Below are positions 24,132 to 37,033 of a stretch of DNA of 64,000 bases, one piece after another; position 1 is the first letter of the stretch; every line of letters begins with the position of its first letter. Source of the DNA: Mobula hypostoma (taxonomy: Eukaryota); NCBI RefSeq assembly GCF_963921235.1, contig NC_086108.1, positions 114,702,001 to 114,766,000 on the forward strand. The letters run 5' to 3'. The notes below the pieces were generated by a model. The model was not told where the DNA came from. It worked only from the letters and a program-made list of their open reading frames with translations, and did not search any database. The position numbers and the translations under genes were made by a program.

Positions 24132-27100
24132 TCATATAACCATATAACAATAGTCCGTGCCAAACTCTTACTCTCACCTAGTCCCACTGACCTGCACTCA
24201 GCCCATAACCCTCCATTCCTTTTCTGTCCATGTATCTATCCAATTTAACTTTAAACGACAACATCGAACCTGCCTTGGCCACTTCTGCTAGAAGCTCGTT
24301 CCACACAGCTACCACTCTCTGAGTAAAGAAGTTCCCCCTCATGTTACCCGTAAACTTTTGCCCTTTAACTCTCAACTCATGTCCTCTTTCTTGAATCTTC
24401 CCCATTCTCAATGGAAAAAGCCTATCCATGTCAACTCTATCAATCCCCCTCATAATTTTTAACACCTCTATCAAGTCCCCCCTCAACCTTCTACGCTCCA
24501 AAGAATAAAGACCCAACTTGTTCAACCTTTCTCTGTAACTTAGGAAATGAAACCCAGGCAACATTTTAATAAGCCTCCTCTGTACTCTCTCAATTTTATT
24601 GACATCTTTCCTATAATTCGGTGACCAGAACTGTACACAATACTCCAAATTTGGCCTTACCAATGCCTTATACAATTTCAACATTACATCCCAACTCCTA
24701 TACTCAATGCTGTGATTTATAAAGGCCAGCATACCAAAAGCTTTCTTCACCACCCTATCCACATGAGATTCCACCTTCAGGGAACTATGCACCATTAGTC
24801 CTAGATCCCTCTGTTCTACAGCATTCTTCAATGCCCTACCATTTACCAAGTATGTCCTATTTTGATTAGTCCTACCAAAATGTAGCACCTCACATTTTTC
24901 TGCATTAAACTCCACCTGCCATCTTTCAGCCCACTCTTCTAACTGGCCTAAATCTCTCTGCAAGCTTTGAAAACCTACTTCATTATCCACAACTCCACCT
25001 ATCTTAGTATCATCTGCATACTTACTAATCCAATTTACCACCCCATCATCCAGATCATTAATATATATGACAAACAACACTGGACCCAGTACAGATCCCT
25101 GAGACACACCGCTACACACACGCTCCAATCTGACACACAGTTATCCTCCACTACTCTCTGGCGTCTCCCAGCTAGCCACTGCTAAATCCATTTTACTACT
25201 TCGATATTAATGCCTAACAATTGAACCTTCCTAACTAATCTTCCGTGCGGAACTTTGTCAAAGGCCTTACTGAAGTCCATATAGACAACATCCACTGCTT
25301 TACCCTCATCAACTTTCTTAGTAACCTCATCAAAAAAAATTCAATATTTGTCAAACATGACCTTCCACGCACAAATCCATGTTGACTGTTCCTAATCAGA
25401 CCCTGTCTATCCAGATAATTATATATACCATCTCCAAGAATACTTTCCATCAATTTACCCACCACTGACGTCAAACTCGTAGGCCGATAATTGCTAGGTT
25501 TACTCTTAGAACCCTTTTTAAACAATGGAACCACATGAGCAATATGCCAATCCTCCGGCACCATCCCCATTTCTAATGACATTTGAAATATTTTTTTCAG
25601 AGTCCCTGCTATTTCCACATTAACCTCCCCCAAGGTCCTAGGGAATATCTTGTCCAGACCCAGAGACTTATCCACTTTTATATTCCTTAAAAGCACCAGT
25701 ACTTGCTCTTCTTTAATTGTCATATTTTCCATAACGACCCTTCTTGTTTCCTTAATTTTACACAATTCAATATTCTTCTCCTTAGTGAATACCAAAGAAA
25801 ATAAATTGTTCAGAATCTCCCCCATCTCTTTTGGCTCCGCACATAGCTGTCCCCTCTGATTCTCTAAGGGACCAATTTTATCCCTCACTATCCTTTTGCT
25901 ATTAACATAACTGTAGAAACCTTTTGGATTTATTTTCACCTCACTTGCCAGAGCAGCCTTGTATCTTCTTTCAGCTTTTCTAATTTCTTTCTTAAGATTC
26001 TTTTTACATTCTTTATGTTCCTTGAGCACCTCGTTAACTCCAAGCTGCCTATATTTATTGTAAATCCCTCTCTTTTTCCGAACCAAGTTTCCTATATCCC
26101 TTGAAAACCCTGGCTCTCTCAAACTTTTAATCTTTTCTTTCAACCTAACAGGAACATAAAGATCCTGTACCCTCAAAATTTCACCTTTAAATGACCTCCA
26201 TTTCTCTATTACATCCTTCCCATAAAACAAATTGTCCCAATCCACTCGTTCTAAATCCTTTTGCATCTCCTCAAAGTTAGCCTTTCTCCAATCAAAAATC
26301 TCAACCCTGGGTCCAGTCCTATCCTTCTCCATAATGATATTGAAACTAATGGTATTGTGATCACTGGACCCGAAGTGCTCCCCAACACATACCTCCGTCA
26401 CCTGCCCTTTCTCATTCCCTAACAGGAGATCCAACACTGCCCCTTCTCTCATTGGTACATCTATGTATTGCTGCAAAGAACTATCTTGCACACATTCAAC
26501 AAACTCCAAACCATCCAGCCCTTTTACAGAATGGGCTTCCCAGTCTATGTGTGGAAAATTAAAATCTCCCACAATCACAACCTTGTGCTTACTACAAATA
26601 TCTGCTATCTCCTTACAAATTTGCTCCTCCAGTTCTCGGTCCCCATTAGGTGGTCTATAATACACCTCTATAAGCGTCACAACACCTTTCCTATTCCTCA
26701 ATTCCACCCAAATAGCCTCCCTAGACAAGTCCACTAGTCTATCCTGCTAGAGCACCGCTGTTATATTTTCTCTGACGAGCAATGCAACACCTCTCCCTCT
26801 TGCCCCTCCTATTCTATCACACCTGAAACAACGAAATCCTGGAATATTTAGTTGCCAATCACACCCCTCCTGCAACCATGTTTCACTAATAGCTACAACA
26901 TCATATTTCCAGGTATCAATCCATGCTCTAAGCTCATCCACCTTTCTTACAATGCTCCTAGCGTTAAAATAGATGCATTTAAGAAACTCTCACCTCTTAC
27001 TCTCTGTTTATCTTTAATGGAGCAAACTGCTTTGTTGTTTTTTGCTTCTTTGTCCCCTACATCTTTGGTCTGAGTGTTCCTGATCCCTGTCCCCTGCCTA

Positions 27101-27564
27101 TCCTCCCTCACACATTTTCTACTAGCTTTCTCTATTTGTGAACTAACCTCCTCTCTCCTAGCCTCTTTAATTTGATTCCCACCCACCCCCCAACCATTCC
27201 AGTTTAAAGTTACCTCAGCAGACCTCACAAATCTCCCCACCAGGATATTGGTCCCCCATGGATTCAAGTGTACAGGTCACGCCTGTGCCAAAAGAGGTCC
27301 CAATGATCCAAAAACTTGAATCCCTGACCACTGCTCCAATCCCTCAGCCATGCATTTATCCTCCACCTCATTGCATTCCTACTCTCACTGTCGCGTGGCA
27401 CAGGCAGTAATCCCGAGATTACTACCTTTGTGGTCCTTTTTCTCAACTCCCTTCCTAACTCCCTATATTCTCCTTTCAGCACCACTCCCATTTTCCTACC
27501 TATGTCATTGGTACCTATATGTACCACGACCTCTGGCTCCTCTCCCTCCCACTTCAGGATATCT
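24132..27564 (-). mobile_element. CR1 LINE (second family): SGNH/GDSL-esterase ORF1 3' half and frameshifted ORF2 (APE and RT)
   Basis: ORF1 VHIGTNDIG...ISGLLP...FLDHWDLF (27264-27527); EN AISETWL, VGDFNFP, GSSDHN; RT GVSQGSVLGP...KYADD (24178-25128); catataac tail at 24133-24148; inserted in the L1 endonuclease. Confidence 0.92.
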
Positions 27565-28935
27565 TGAAACCTCCCTTGTTTTGGCCTGAATCGAAGAATG
27601 AAAATGAGATCCTCTCCATTGATTTTAAAAAAGCGTGAATTGTCACACTTATGTATATGTGTTTCTTGAAGAAAAACAATGGGTACCTTAAGTTTTTTAA
27701 TATAGGCAAAAATCTTATTTCTAAACAGGCAGACTATTATTTAGATGGGGAGAGAATTCAAAATGCAGAGATGCAAAGAGACTTGGGAGGATACCCTAAA
27801 GGTTTGCCTGCAGGTTGAGTTGGTTGTGAAGAAGGTGAGTGCAATGTTGGCATTCATTTCATTTCTAGAGGTGTATAGTATAAGAGCCAGGATGTGATGT
27901 TGAGGCTCTATAAGGCACTCATGAGACCACACTTGAAGTATTGTGTGCAGTTTTGGGCTCCTTATTTTAGAAAGAATATACCGACATTGGAGAGGGTTCA
28001 GAGAAGATTCACGAGAATGATTCCAGGAATAAAAAGGTTACTGTGTGAGGAACGTCTGGCAGCTCTTGGGCTGTATTCCCTGGAGTTCAGGAGAATGAGG
28101 GGAGATCTCATAGAAACATTCTAAATGTTAAAATGCCTGAACAGATTAGATATGGCAAAGTTATTTCCCGTGGTAGGGAATTCTAGGACAAGAGGGCACA
28201 ACTTCAGGATTGAAGGATGTCCTTTTAGAACTGAGATGCGGAGAAATTACTTTAGTCAGAGGGTGGTAAATCTGTGCAATTTGTTACCATAAGCGGCTGT
28301 GGAGGCCAAGTCGTTGGGTGTATTTAAGGCAGAGATAGATAGGTACTTGATTAGCCAGGGCATCAAAGGGTATGGGGTGAAAGCAGGAGAGTGGGGATGA
28401 CTGGATGAAGTGAATCAGCCCATGATTGAATGGCAGAGCACTCGATGGGCCGAATGGCCTACTTCTGCTCCTATATCTTATGGTCTTATGGTCACTTCTT
28501 TTCATATTATATGTCAAAGGTGTGGGTGATGGAATTGATGGCTTTGCGAGCATGTTTGAAGACAATATGAAGATAGATGAGGGGCAGGATGTGTCAAAGA
28601 AGCAGAGAGTCTGCAGAAGGACTTAGAATAGAAGAAAGGGCAAAGAAGTGATAGGTGGGAAGCGTATGGTATGGTCATGCACTTGGGTAGAGGATATATA
28701 AATGTTGACTATTTTCTAAATGGGAAACAAATTCAGAAATCAGAGGTGCAAAGGGACGTGGGAGCCCTCATGCAGGATTCCCTAAAGGTTAACTTGCAGG
28801 TTGAGTCCATGGCAAAGTAGGCAAATGCAATATTAGAATTCATTTTGAAAGGATTAGGATATAAAAGCAAGGAAGTAATGCTGAGGCATCATATAAAGCA
28901 TCAGTCCAACCACATTGGAGTATTGTTAGCAGTTT

Positions 28936-31900
28936 TTGGATCATTGGGACCTCTTTTGGCGCAGGCGTGACCTGTACAAAAAGGACGGGTTACACTTGAA
29001 TCCGAGGGGGATCAATATCCTGGCAGAGAGATTAGCGGGGGCTACTGAGGTGGCTTTAAACTAGAATGGTTGGGGGGTGGGAATCAAATTAAAGAGGCTA
29101 GGCGAGAGGAGGTTAGTTCACAACAGGGGGATGGGAACCAGTGCAGAGAGACAGAGGGGTGTAAAGTGAGGGTAGAAGCAAAAAGTAGTAAGGAGAAAAG
29201 TAAAAGTGTCAGGCCGACAAATCCAGGGCAAGCATCAAAAAGGGCCACTTTTCAACATAATTGTGTAAGGGCTAAGAGAGTTGTAAAAGAGCGCCTGTAG
29301 GCTTTGTGTGTCAATGCCAGGAGCATTCATAACAAGGTGGATGAATTGAAAGTGCAGATTGTTATTAATGATTATGATATAGTTGGGATCACAGAGACAT
29401 GGCTCCAGGGTGACCAAGGATGGGAGCTCAACGTTCAGGGATATTCAATATTCAGGAGGGAAAGACATGAAAGAAAAGGAGGTGGGGTGGCGTTGCTGGT
29501 TAAAGAGGAGATTAATGCAATAGGAAGGAAGGACATAAGCCGGGAAGATATGGAATCGATATGGGTAGAGCTGCATAACACTAAGGGGCCGAAAACGCTG
29601 GTGGGAGATGTGTACAGGCCACCTAATAGTAGTAGTGAGGTCGGGGATGGTATTAAACAGGAAATTAGAAATGTGTGCAATAAAGGAACAGCAGTTATAA
29701 TGGGTGACTTCAATCTACATGTAGATTGGGTGAACCAAATTGGTAAAGGTGCTGAGGAAGAGAATTTCTTGGAATATATGCTGGATGGTTTTTTGAACCA
29801 ACATGTCGAGGAACCAACTAGAGAGCAGGCCATTCTAGACTGGGTTTTGAGCAATGAGGAAGGGTTAATTAGCAATCTTGTCGTGAGAGGCCCCTTGGGT
29901 AAGAGTGACCATAATATGGTGGAATTCTTCATTAAGATGGAGAGTGACATAGTTAATTCAGAAACAAAGGTTCTGAACTTAAAGAGGGGTAACTTTGAAG
30001 GTATGAGACGTGAATTAGCTAAGATAGACTGGCAAATGATACTTAAAGGATTGACGGTGGATATGCAATGGCAGGCATTTAAAGATTGCATGGATGAACT
30101 ACAACAATTGCTCATCCCAGTTTGGCAAAAGAATAAATCAAGGAAGGTAGTGCACCCCTGGCTGACAAGAGAAATTAGGGATAGTATCAATTCCAAAGAA
30201 GAAGCATACAAATTAGCCAGAAAAAGTGGCTCACCTGAGGACTGGGAGAAATTCAGAGTTCAACAGAGGAGGACAAAGGGCTTAATTAGGAAGGGGAAAA
30301 AAGATTATGAGAGAAAACTGGCAGGGAACATAAAAACGGACTGTAAAAGCTTTTATAGATATGTAAAAAGGAAAAGACTGGTAAAGACAAATGTAGGTCC
30401 CCTACAGACAGAAACAGGTGAATTGATTATGGGGAGCAAGGACATGGCAGACCAATTGAATAATTACTTTGGTTCTGTCTTCACTAAGGAGGACATAAAT
30501 AATCTTCCAGAAATAGTAGGAGACAGAGGGTCCAGTGAGATGGAGGAACTGAGCGAAATACATGTTAGTAGGGAAGTGGTGTTAGGTAAATTGAAGGGAT
30601 TGAAGGCAGATAAATCCCCAGGGCCAGATGGTCTGCATCTCAGAGTGCTTAAGGAAGTAGCCCAAGAAATAGTGGATGCATTAGTGATAATTTTTCAAAA
30701 CTTGTTAGATTCTGGACTAGTTCCTGAGGATTGGAGGGTGGCTAATGTAACCCCACTTTTCAAAAAAGGAGGGAGAGAGAAACCGGGGAATTATAGACCG
30801 GTTAGCCTAATGTCGGTGGTGGGGAAACTGCTGGAGTCAGTTATCAAGGATGTGATAACAGCACATTTGGAAAGTGGTGAAATCATCGAACAAAGTCAGC
30901 ATGGATTTGTGAAAGGAAAATCATGTCTGACGAATCTCATAGAATTTTTTGAGGATGTAACTAGTAGAGTGGATAGGGGAGAACCAGTGGATGTGGTATA
31001 TTTGGATTTTCAAAAGGCTTTTGACAAGGTCCCACACAGGAGATCAGTGTGCAAACTTAAAGCACACGGTATTGGGGGTAAGGTATTGATGTGGATAGAG
31101 AACTGGTTAGCAGACAGGAAGCAAAGAGTGGGAATAAACGGGACCTTTTCAGAATGGCAGGCGGTGACTAGTGGGGTACCGCAAGGCTCAATGCTGGGAC
31201 CCCAGTTGTTTACAATATATATTAATGACTTGGATGAGGGAATTAAATGCAGCATCTCCAAGTTTGCAGATGACACGAAGCTGGGCGGCAGTGTTAGCTG
31301 TGAGGAGGATGCTAAGAGGATGCAGGGTGACTTGGATAGTTTGGGTGAGTGGGCAAATTCATGGCAGATGCAATTTAATGTGGATAAATGTGAAGTTATC
31401 CACTTTGGTGGCAAAAATAGGAAAACAGATTACTATCTGAATGGTGGCCGATTAGGAAAAGGGGAGGTGCAATGAGACCTGGGTGTCATTATACACCAGT
31501 CATTGAAAGTGGGCATGCAGGTACAGCAGGCGGTGAAAAAGGCGAATGATATGCTGGCATTTATAGCAAGAGGATTCGAGTACAGGAGCAGGGAGGTACT
31601 ACTGCAGTTGTACAAGGCCTTGGTGAGACCACACCTGGAGTATTGTGTGCAGTTTTGGTCCCCTAATCTGAGGAAAGGCATCCTTGCCATAGAGGGAGTA
31701 CAAAGAAGGTTCACCAGATTGATTCCTGGGATGGCAGGACTTTCATATGAAGAAAGACTGGATGAACTGGGCTTGTACTCATTGGAATTTAGAAGATTGA
31801 GGGGGGATCTGATTGAAACGTATAAAATCCTAAAGGGATTGGACAGGCTAGATGCAGGAAGATTGTTCCCGATGTTGGGGAAGTCCAGAACGAGGGGTCA

Positions 31901-32205
31901 CAGTTTGAGGATAAAGTCGAAGTCTTTTAGGACTGAGATTAGGAAAAACTTCTTCACACAGAGAGTGGTGAATCTGTGGAATTCTCTGCCACAGGAAACA
32001 GTTGAGGCCAGTTCATTGGCTATATTTAGGAGGGAGTTAGATATGGCCCTTGTGGCTAGGGGGATCAGAGGGTATGGAGGGAAGGCTGGTGCAGGGTTCT
32101 GAGTTGGATGATCAGCCATGATCATAATAAATGGCGGTGCAGGCTCGAAGAGCCGAATGGCCTACTCCTGCAGCTATTTTCTATGTTTTCTATGTTTTCT
32201 ATGTT
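28936..32205 (+). mobile_element. Young CR1 LINE: ORF1 3' end plus near-complete ORF2 (APE endonuclease and RT)
   Basis: ORFs 29070-29300, 29304-31475 and 31503-32102 share one frame, broken only by TAG 29298-29300 and TGA 31473-31475; GITETWL, MGDFNL, KSDHN, YRPVSL, YLDFQKAFD, KFADD; (ttttctatg)n tail. Confidence 0.95.
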
Positions 32206-32489
32206 TTGAGCCTCTTATCTAAAAAGAATCTGCTGGCATGTGGAGGATCCAGAGGAGGTTCACCAGAATGACCTGGGAATGGTAGGGTTAACGTATGAGA
32301 AATGTGTGATGTCTCTGTACTCATTGGAGTTTAGAAGAATGAGTGGGGATCTCACTGAAACCTATCAAATGTTCAAAGGCCTAGATAGAGTTGATGTAGA
32401 GATGATGTTTCCAATAGTGGGGGAATCTAGGACCAGAGACAGCCTCAAAATAGCCTAAGAATGACTTAATTCTACTCTTACGTCTTATG

Positions 32490-32862
32490 GGGGAGGGCGG
32501 GGTAAAGATGTGTCTCTACCAGTGGAAGTGTAAGGCAGTCCTTCCCTCTGCTAGTCTGCTTGGGCAAGATGTAGCACCTGCTTAGCCCCTTGATCAGGGT
32601 CGTGTGAAGCCGTGGAGCAGGTGATGGATGGTTGTATGAGCAGCTGGTGCATATCACAAGTCCTGGTTTTGCAACCACTGACACCAGGCAGACAATCACT
32701 GAAGTGTATTGATGATAATGGCTGGGGTCACCCATCTTATAAAGACACTGTCCAGGAGAAGGCAATGGTAAAGCACTTCTGTAGAAAAATTTGCCAAGAA
32801 CAATCATGGTCAAAAACCATGATCGCCCAGATCATATAACATGGCACCTAATGATAATGATG
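32490..32862 (+). mobile_element. RTE-related SINE or non-autonomous element
   Basis: ggagaaggcaatggtaaagcac...ttgccaag resembles the RTE/Bov-A 5' motif; 3' accatgatcgcc resembles the RTE 3' end near 33983; (atg/ata)n tail. Confidence 0.55.
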
Positions 32863-33145
32863 TCTTGTGGTCCTACAGTTATAGTCATTATTCCTGCAAT
32901 CCTGATTGAGAATCTACAGAACCTGGCCCTTTATACCTCCCTCTACAAATGGATCCTCGACTTCCTAACTGGAAGACCACAATCTGTGCAGATTGGTAAT
33001 AACATTTCCTCCTTGCTGGTGATCAATACTGGCACACCTCAGAGGTGTGGGCTTAGCCCACTGCTCTCCTCTCTCTATACCCATAACTGTGTGGCTAGGC
33101 ACAGTTCTAATGCCATTGATAAATTTGCTTAAGGTACAACCATTG

Positions 33146-34012
33146 TTTTTGGAAAGCTTCTTTCGCCGTTGTTATTCTGTATTTGATATCTGTGTCGCAC
33201 CTGCCATCACTTGTTATTAGGCTACCAAGATATCTGAATTTGTTGACTTGTTTGATGTTTGTATTTCCGATCTTAATCAGACATTGTGGGATGTTTGTCT
33301 TTCTGGAGATGACCATGCTTTCTGTCTTCTTGATGTTGATTGAAAGGCCTCTGTGATTACTTTCTGCTGCCACTATAGTCAATAGTTCTTGTAGTTTTGC
33401 TTCTGAGTCAGCTGTTAGTACGATGTCATCAGCATATGTAATGTTATTTATACTATGGCCTCCAATTGTGAAACCTTTGATGTCTTTGATACTTCTCAAG
33501 ATATTTTCACTATACAGGTTGAATAAGTTTGGTTGAATAAAAATGACCATATTAACAGACAGAAAGATGAGCACGTACACTAAAAACAGAATACTGCAGT
33601 GCTACATTTATTCTATCCTGACTTATGGAAGTGAATGCTGGACCATTTCCCCAGCAATGGAAAAGAGACTAGAAGTAGCTGAATTATGGTTCTACAGGAG
33701 AATGTTAAAAATATCATGGACCACACACACATCAAATGAAGAAGTTCTCAGAAGAGCCCAAGCAGTTTGATCACTCATACCAACAATACGAGAAAGACAA
33801 CTCAGATTCCTCGGACACATCATGCGGAAAGATGAGCTAGAAAAACTCATACTCTCTGGAAAATTGAGGGGAGCAAACCTGGAGGAAGACCTCAGCTTAT
33901 GTACATCAAAAGCATAGCCAGGTGGCTACACATTGAGGAAATGGAAGTCATCCAAAAAATGAGGGATAGATCTATATGGAAAACCATGGTCACCAACGTC
34001 CACATCGGATAG
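33146..34012 (+). mobile_element. RTE-clade LINE with a 5' inversion (33146-~33530 minus, ~33536-34012 plus)
   Basis: Minus part LFNLYSENILR...IGGHSINNITYADD...YLGSLITSDGRC...AKEAFQK continues directly into plus part MTILTDRK...YGSECWT...RRMLKISWT...FLGHIMR. Confidence 0.85.
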
Positions 34013-34013
34013 A

Positions 34014-36245
34014 ATGGTGATGGTGGCGTGTGTGTATCGCGAGGCACAATGTCTTAGCAGATTTCGAAAGCTAGTGTTAATTTATCTGCCTATTTCCCAC
34101 GTGTTCGCTCGATTCGGCTATGCGAACTACACTTACAGCAAACAGTCACTTTTGGACATTAACTATCGATGCACCAACACAGTTTTGGACTATCCATTCA
34201 GCTTCCGCCAACTACCTCCGGAGTTAGTAAGGACACCGCAGACCTGCATTCAACTCACTCCGACCAGAAGGGCCCGGTGCCAGCGTCAAGACCGTAAACA
34301 AAGACAGGGTAAGTGCGGAGGTTTATGTGTCGGGCTAAAGGCTGATTTATACTTGTGAGTACGGGCTACGCCGTACCCTACGCAAGTGGCCTATGCTGTT
34401 GTGAGCATTTATACTTGTGCATTGGTGTGTCTGCGTCGCTCTGCAATTCACTGCCAAAACGTTAGTTGGCGGTGGGGTTTCTATGCCACTGTGTTGAGTT
34501 TCTTCCTGTGCTTCAAACAATGGTGATTGAAACTGAGCGTATCATGTTGGAGTTGGAGCTCATAAATGTTGAACAAGAGTTTCTTCTCCCTCAGTTCTGA
34601 AATGGCGGAGAAGAAGCAGCAACCGGAAATGCGTAGGTGGGAATGCGATGCTACCAAGTGGACCAATCACAGTTGTTGCGGTCTGCGTCACCACGACACA
34701 TAGTTACATTTTGGGAGAGGTGCACGTTAGACTACGGCATAGGGTTCGGCATAGAGTACAGCGTAGGATACGCGGCTACGCTGTACCTACGGCGTACATT
34801 TGACACAGAAGTATAAGTTGGGCTTCAGGCTAAATCCACACCGGCCAGCGCTACCTAGCATTTTCCTCACCAATGTTCGGTCTCTGACAAACAAGCTGGA
34901 CAAACTAAAGACTTGGACCCTCACACAAAGGCTTACGGATTGCAATGTCATGTTTTTTACGGAGATGTGGCTAAACAGTGATGTCCCAAACAACATGTGG
35001 AACCGGACGGGCGCACGGTCTTCAGGGCTGACAGAGCTGTAACAGCAACAGGTAAAAGTAGAGGAGGTGGTTTATGCATCTACGTGAATCGATCATGGTG
35101 TACTAACTCTACCATTGCTGACACTTATTGCTGTGCTGATCTGGAATACCTGATTATTAAGTGCAGACCTTTTTTATCAAGCTCGAGAGTTTACGTGCAT
35201 TATTGCTGCCGCAGTTTATGTTCCACCGGATGCTAATGCTAAAGTAGCCATGAAAGACCTCAGTGCCGCTATTAGCAAGCTGCAGACATTGGATCCAGAT
35301 GGAGCCTTTATTGTTGCTGGGGACTTTAATCATTGTAACCTATGTACCGTGCTTCCAAGATTTTACCAAAATGTATCAGGAACCACAAGGAGTAATAAAA
35401 CCTTAGATCATGTCTACACAAATGTGGCTGACGCTTACAAAGCCACTACTCTTCCCCACCTGGGACAGTCCGACCATCTTTCACTGTTTCTGCTTCCCAT
35501 GTATAGCCCGGTCATTAAATGTGTGAAACCCACAATGAAGACTATTAAGATCTGGCTGGAGGGTGCTGACTCTGCTCTTCAGCACCAATTCCAGTACACA
35601 GACTGGAGTGCATTTGCTGCCCATGTCACCACAGACTCTCAGAGTAACATTGCCTTATATACCAACTCTGTCCTTGAGCACGTCAACAAATGTGTAGATA
35701 GACTGACATCACAAAGACAAATAAAAGTTTCTCCCAATCAGAAACCATGAATGAACAGAGAAGTTCACCTCCTGCTCAAAGCCAGAGATTCAGCCTTCAG
35801 GTCTGGAAACCAGGAGGCTTACAGCTCAGCCAGGGCCAACCTGAGGAGGCAACTCTCTCAGGCTAAACACATATGCAAATAGAGAATCGAGGAGCATGTC
35901 AACTCCTCGGACCCCCGGCGCATGTGGCATGGCATACAGGTCATTACAGACTTCAAACCACCTCGTACTGTGCCTCCTTCCAGCTCTGCTTCCCTCCCTG
36001 ATGAGCTCAATTACTTCTACGTTCGCTTTGACAGAGAGAACAAGGAGGTCACCCTCAAAGCGGATCTCGCACCTGGTGAACTGCCTCTTTCACTTTCCAC
36101 CTCTGATGTTTGTGCCACACTGAACAGGGTGAATGTACGGAAGGCAGCTGATCCAGATAGAATACCTGGCCGTGAGCTCAGAGTCTGTGCAGGGCAGTTG
36201 GCCGGGGTCTTCACGGACTGTTTTAATCTGTCCCTGGCCCAGGCA
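34014..36245 (+). mobile_element. Rex1/Babar LINE 5' part (APE endonuclease and start of RT), degenerate
   Basis: RPALPSIFLTNVRSL, FTEMWL, GGGLCIYVN, VAGDFNH, LDHVYTN, GQSDHLS, LPDELNYFYVRF, KAADPDRIPGR; joins a minus-strand CR1 fragment (36246-36485). Confidence 0.85.
34339..34824. mobile_element. PIF/Harbinger-type MITE, copy 2 (opposite orientation, different interior)
   Basis: Begins aggctgatttatacttgtg after TAA (34336-34338); ends acacagaagtataagttgggct followed by tca (decayed TSD). Confidence 0.72.
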
Positions 36246-36924
36246 ACTTCTCACATCCTTATTGATGATGCAAAGATCATTGCCAGAGGCTCAGCAATCT
36301 CCTCCCTCACCTCCCACAGTAGCCTGGGGTACATCCTGTCCGGTCCCAGTGATGTATCCAACTTGATGCTTTCCAAAAGCTCCAGCACATCCTCTCCCTT
36401 AATATCTACATGCTCAAGCTTTTTAGTCCACTGCAAGTCATCTCTACAATCGCCAAGATCCTTTTCTGTAGTGAATACTAAAGCACTGATTTGGCAGGAC
36501 ATTGTGGGCCAAAAGGCCTGTTAAATGCTGAATTGTTCTGTGTTCTAATATAGGACGGATAAAAGGATCAACTTTATATAAAAACGCTATTTATAAAAAA
36601 ACAATACCATTAACATTGCAAAATCACTGTTCAATAGATGTCCAATTATCACCTGCTGAATTGGACATCAGATTGGATAATAGTTACAAAGCAAACATTT
36701 GTAGGGATTTTCAGAAGGAATAGGGAGTGGAGCTGATTGGAGATTCTTATGGCGAACCAGTGGAAACACGTTGGGCAGAATTATCTCTCGGATCGAGGAT
36801 TGATGTCCACGCTGCTGGAACAAAGGGGCATGTTAACGATCAGACACAAACAGGAGTCAGTGAGGCATGGGGCATGGGGCGTGGGGAGGATGAGAGCCAT
36901 TGACCAAGATGTCTTTCCCAACAG

Positions 36925-37033
36925 ATGAGTGGAAGAAGAAAGTGAGTGAATCGTATGCAGTGGCGATTGAGAAGCTGCAGGATGATCAGCGAATTAAGGA
37001 GAGTGAACTGGTGGAACTTAAGCATGTCTTCAG
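36925..37033 (+). CDS. TNNI3K: TNNI3K coding exon 2 ([36 protein letters not shown])
   Basis: Acceptor tttcccaacag|, donor AG|gtgagg; 109 nt; in frame with exon 1; resembles TNNI3[37 protein letters not shown]. Confidence 0.96.

Larger units (their letters stand above)
20067..27721 (-). mobile_element. L1-clade LINE ORF2 (APE endonuclease, RT, C-terminal CCHC), 5'-truncated and degenerate
   Basis: EN FLQETH near 27660 and VSDHTPV (23707-23904); RT YRPVSLLNVD...SLDAEKAFDRVEW...GTRQGCPLSPLLF (21731-22504); CDKC...HMFWTC (20178-20786); TSD taaacgggcagactat 20051-20066 / taaacaggcagactat 27722-27737. Confidence 0.9.
19415..28490 (+). mobile_element. CR1 LINE (19415-20066 and 27722-28490) split by an L1 insertion
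   Basis: VYLDFQKAFDKV and GVPQGSVLGP...FADDTK before the L1; MLRLYKALMRPHLKYC after; (cttatggt)n tail near 28476-28490. Confidence 0.82.
17650..32490 (+). mobile_element. Old CR1 host fragmented into 17650-17909, 18873-~19415, 28491-28935 and 32208-32490
   Basis: CR1 ORF2 text resumes across each insertion (gataagt|...|ataagtcacttggacc; gcagtttt|...|gttttgagcctcttatct). Confidence 0.65.

Noticed and set aside
29435..30211. 258-aa minus-strand ORF and similar antisense ORFs over CR1 copies
   Set aside because: Antisense shadows of CR1 ORF2 with no recognisable domain.
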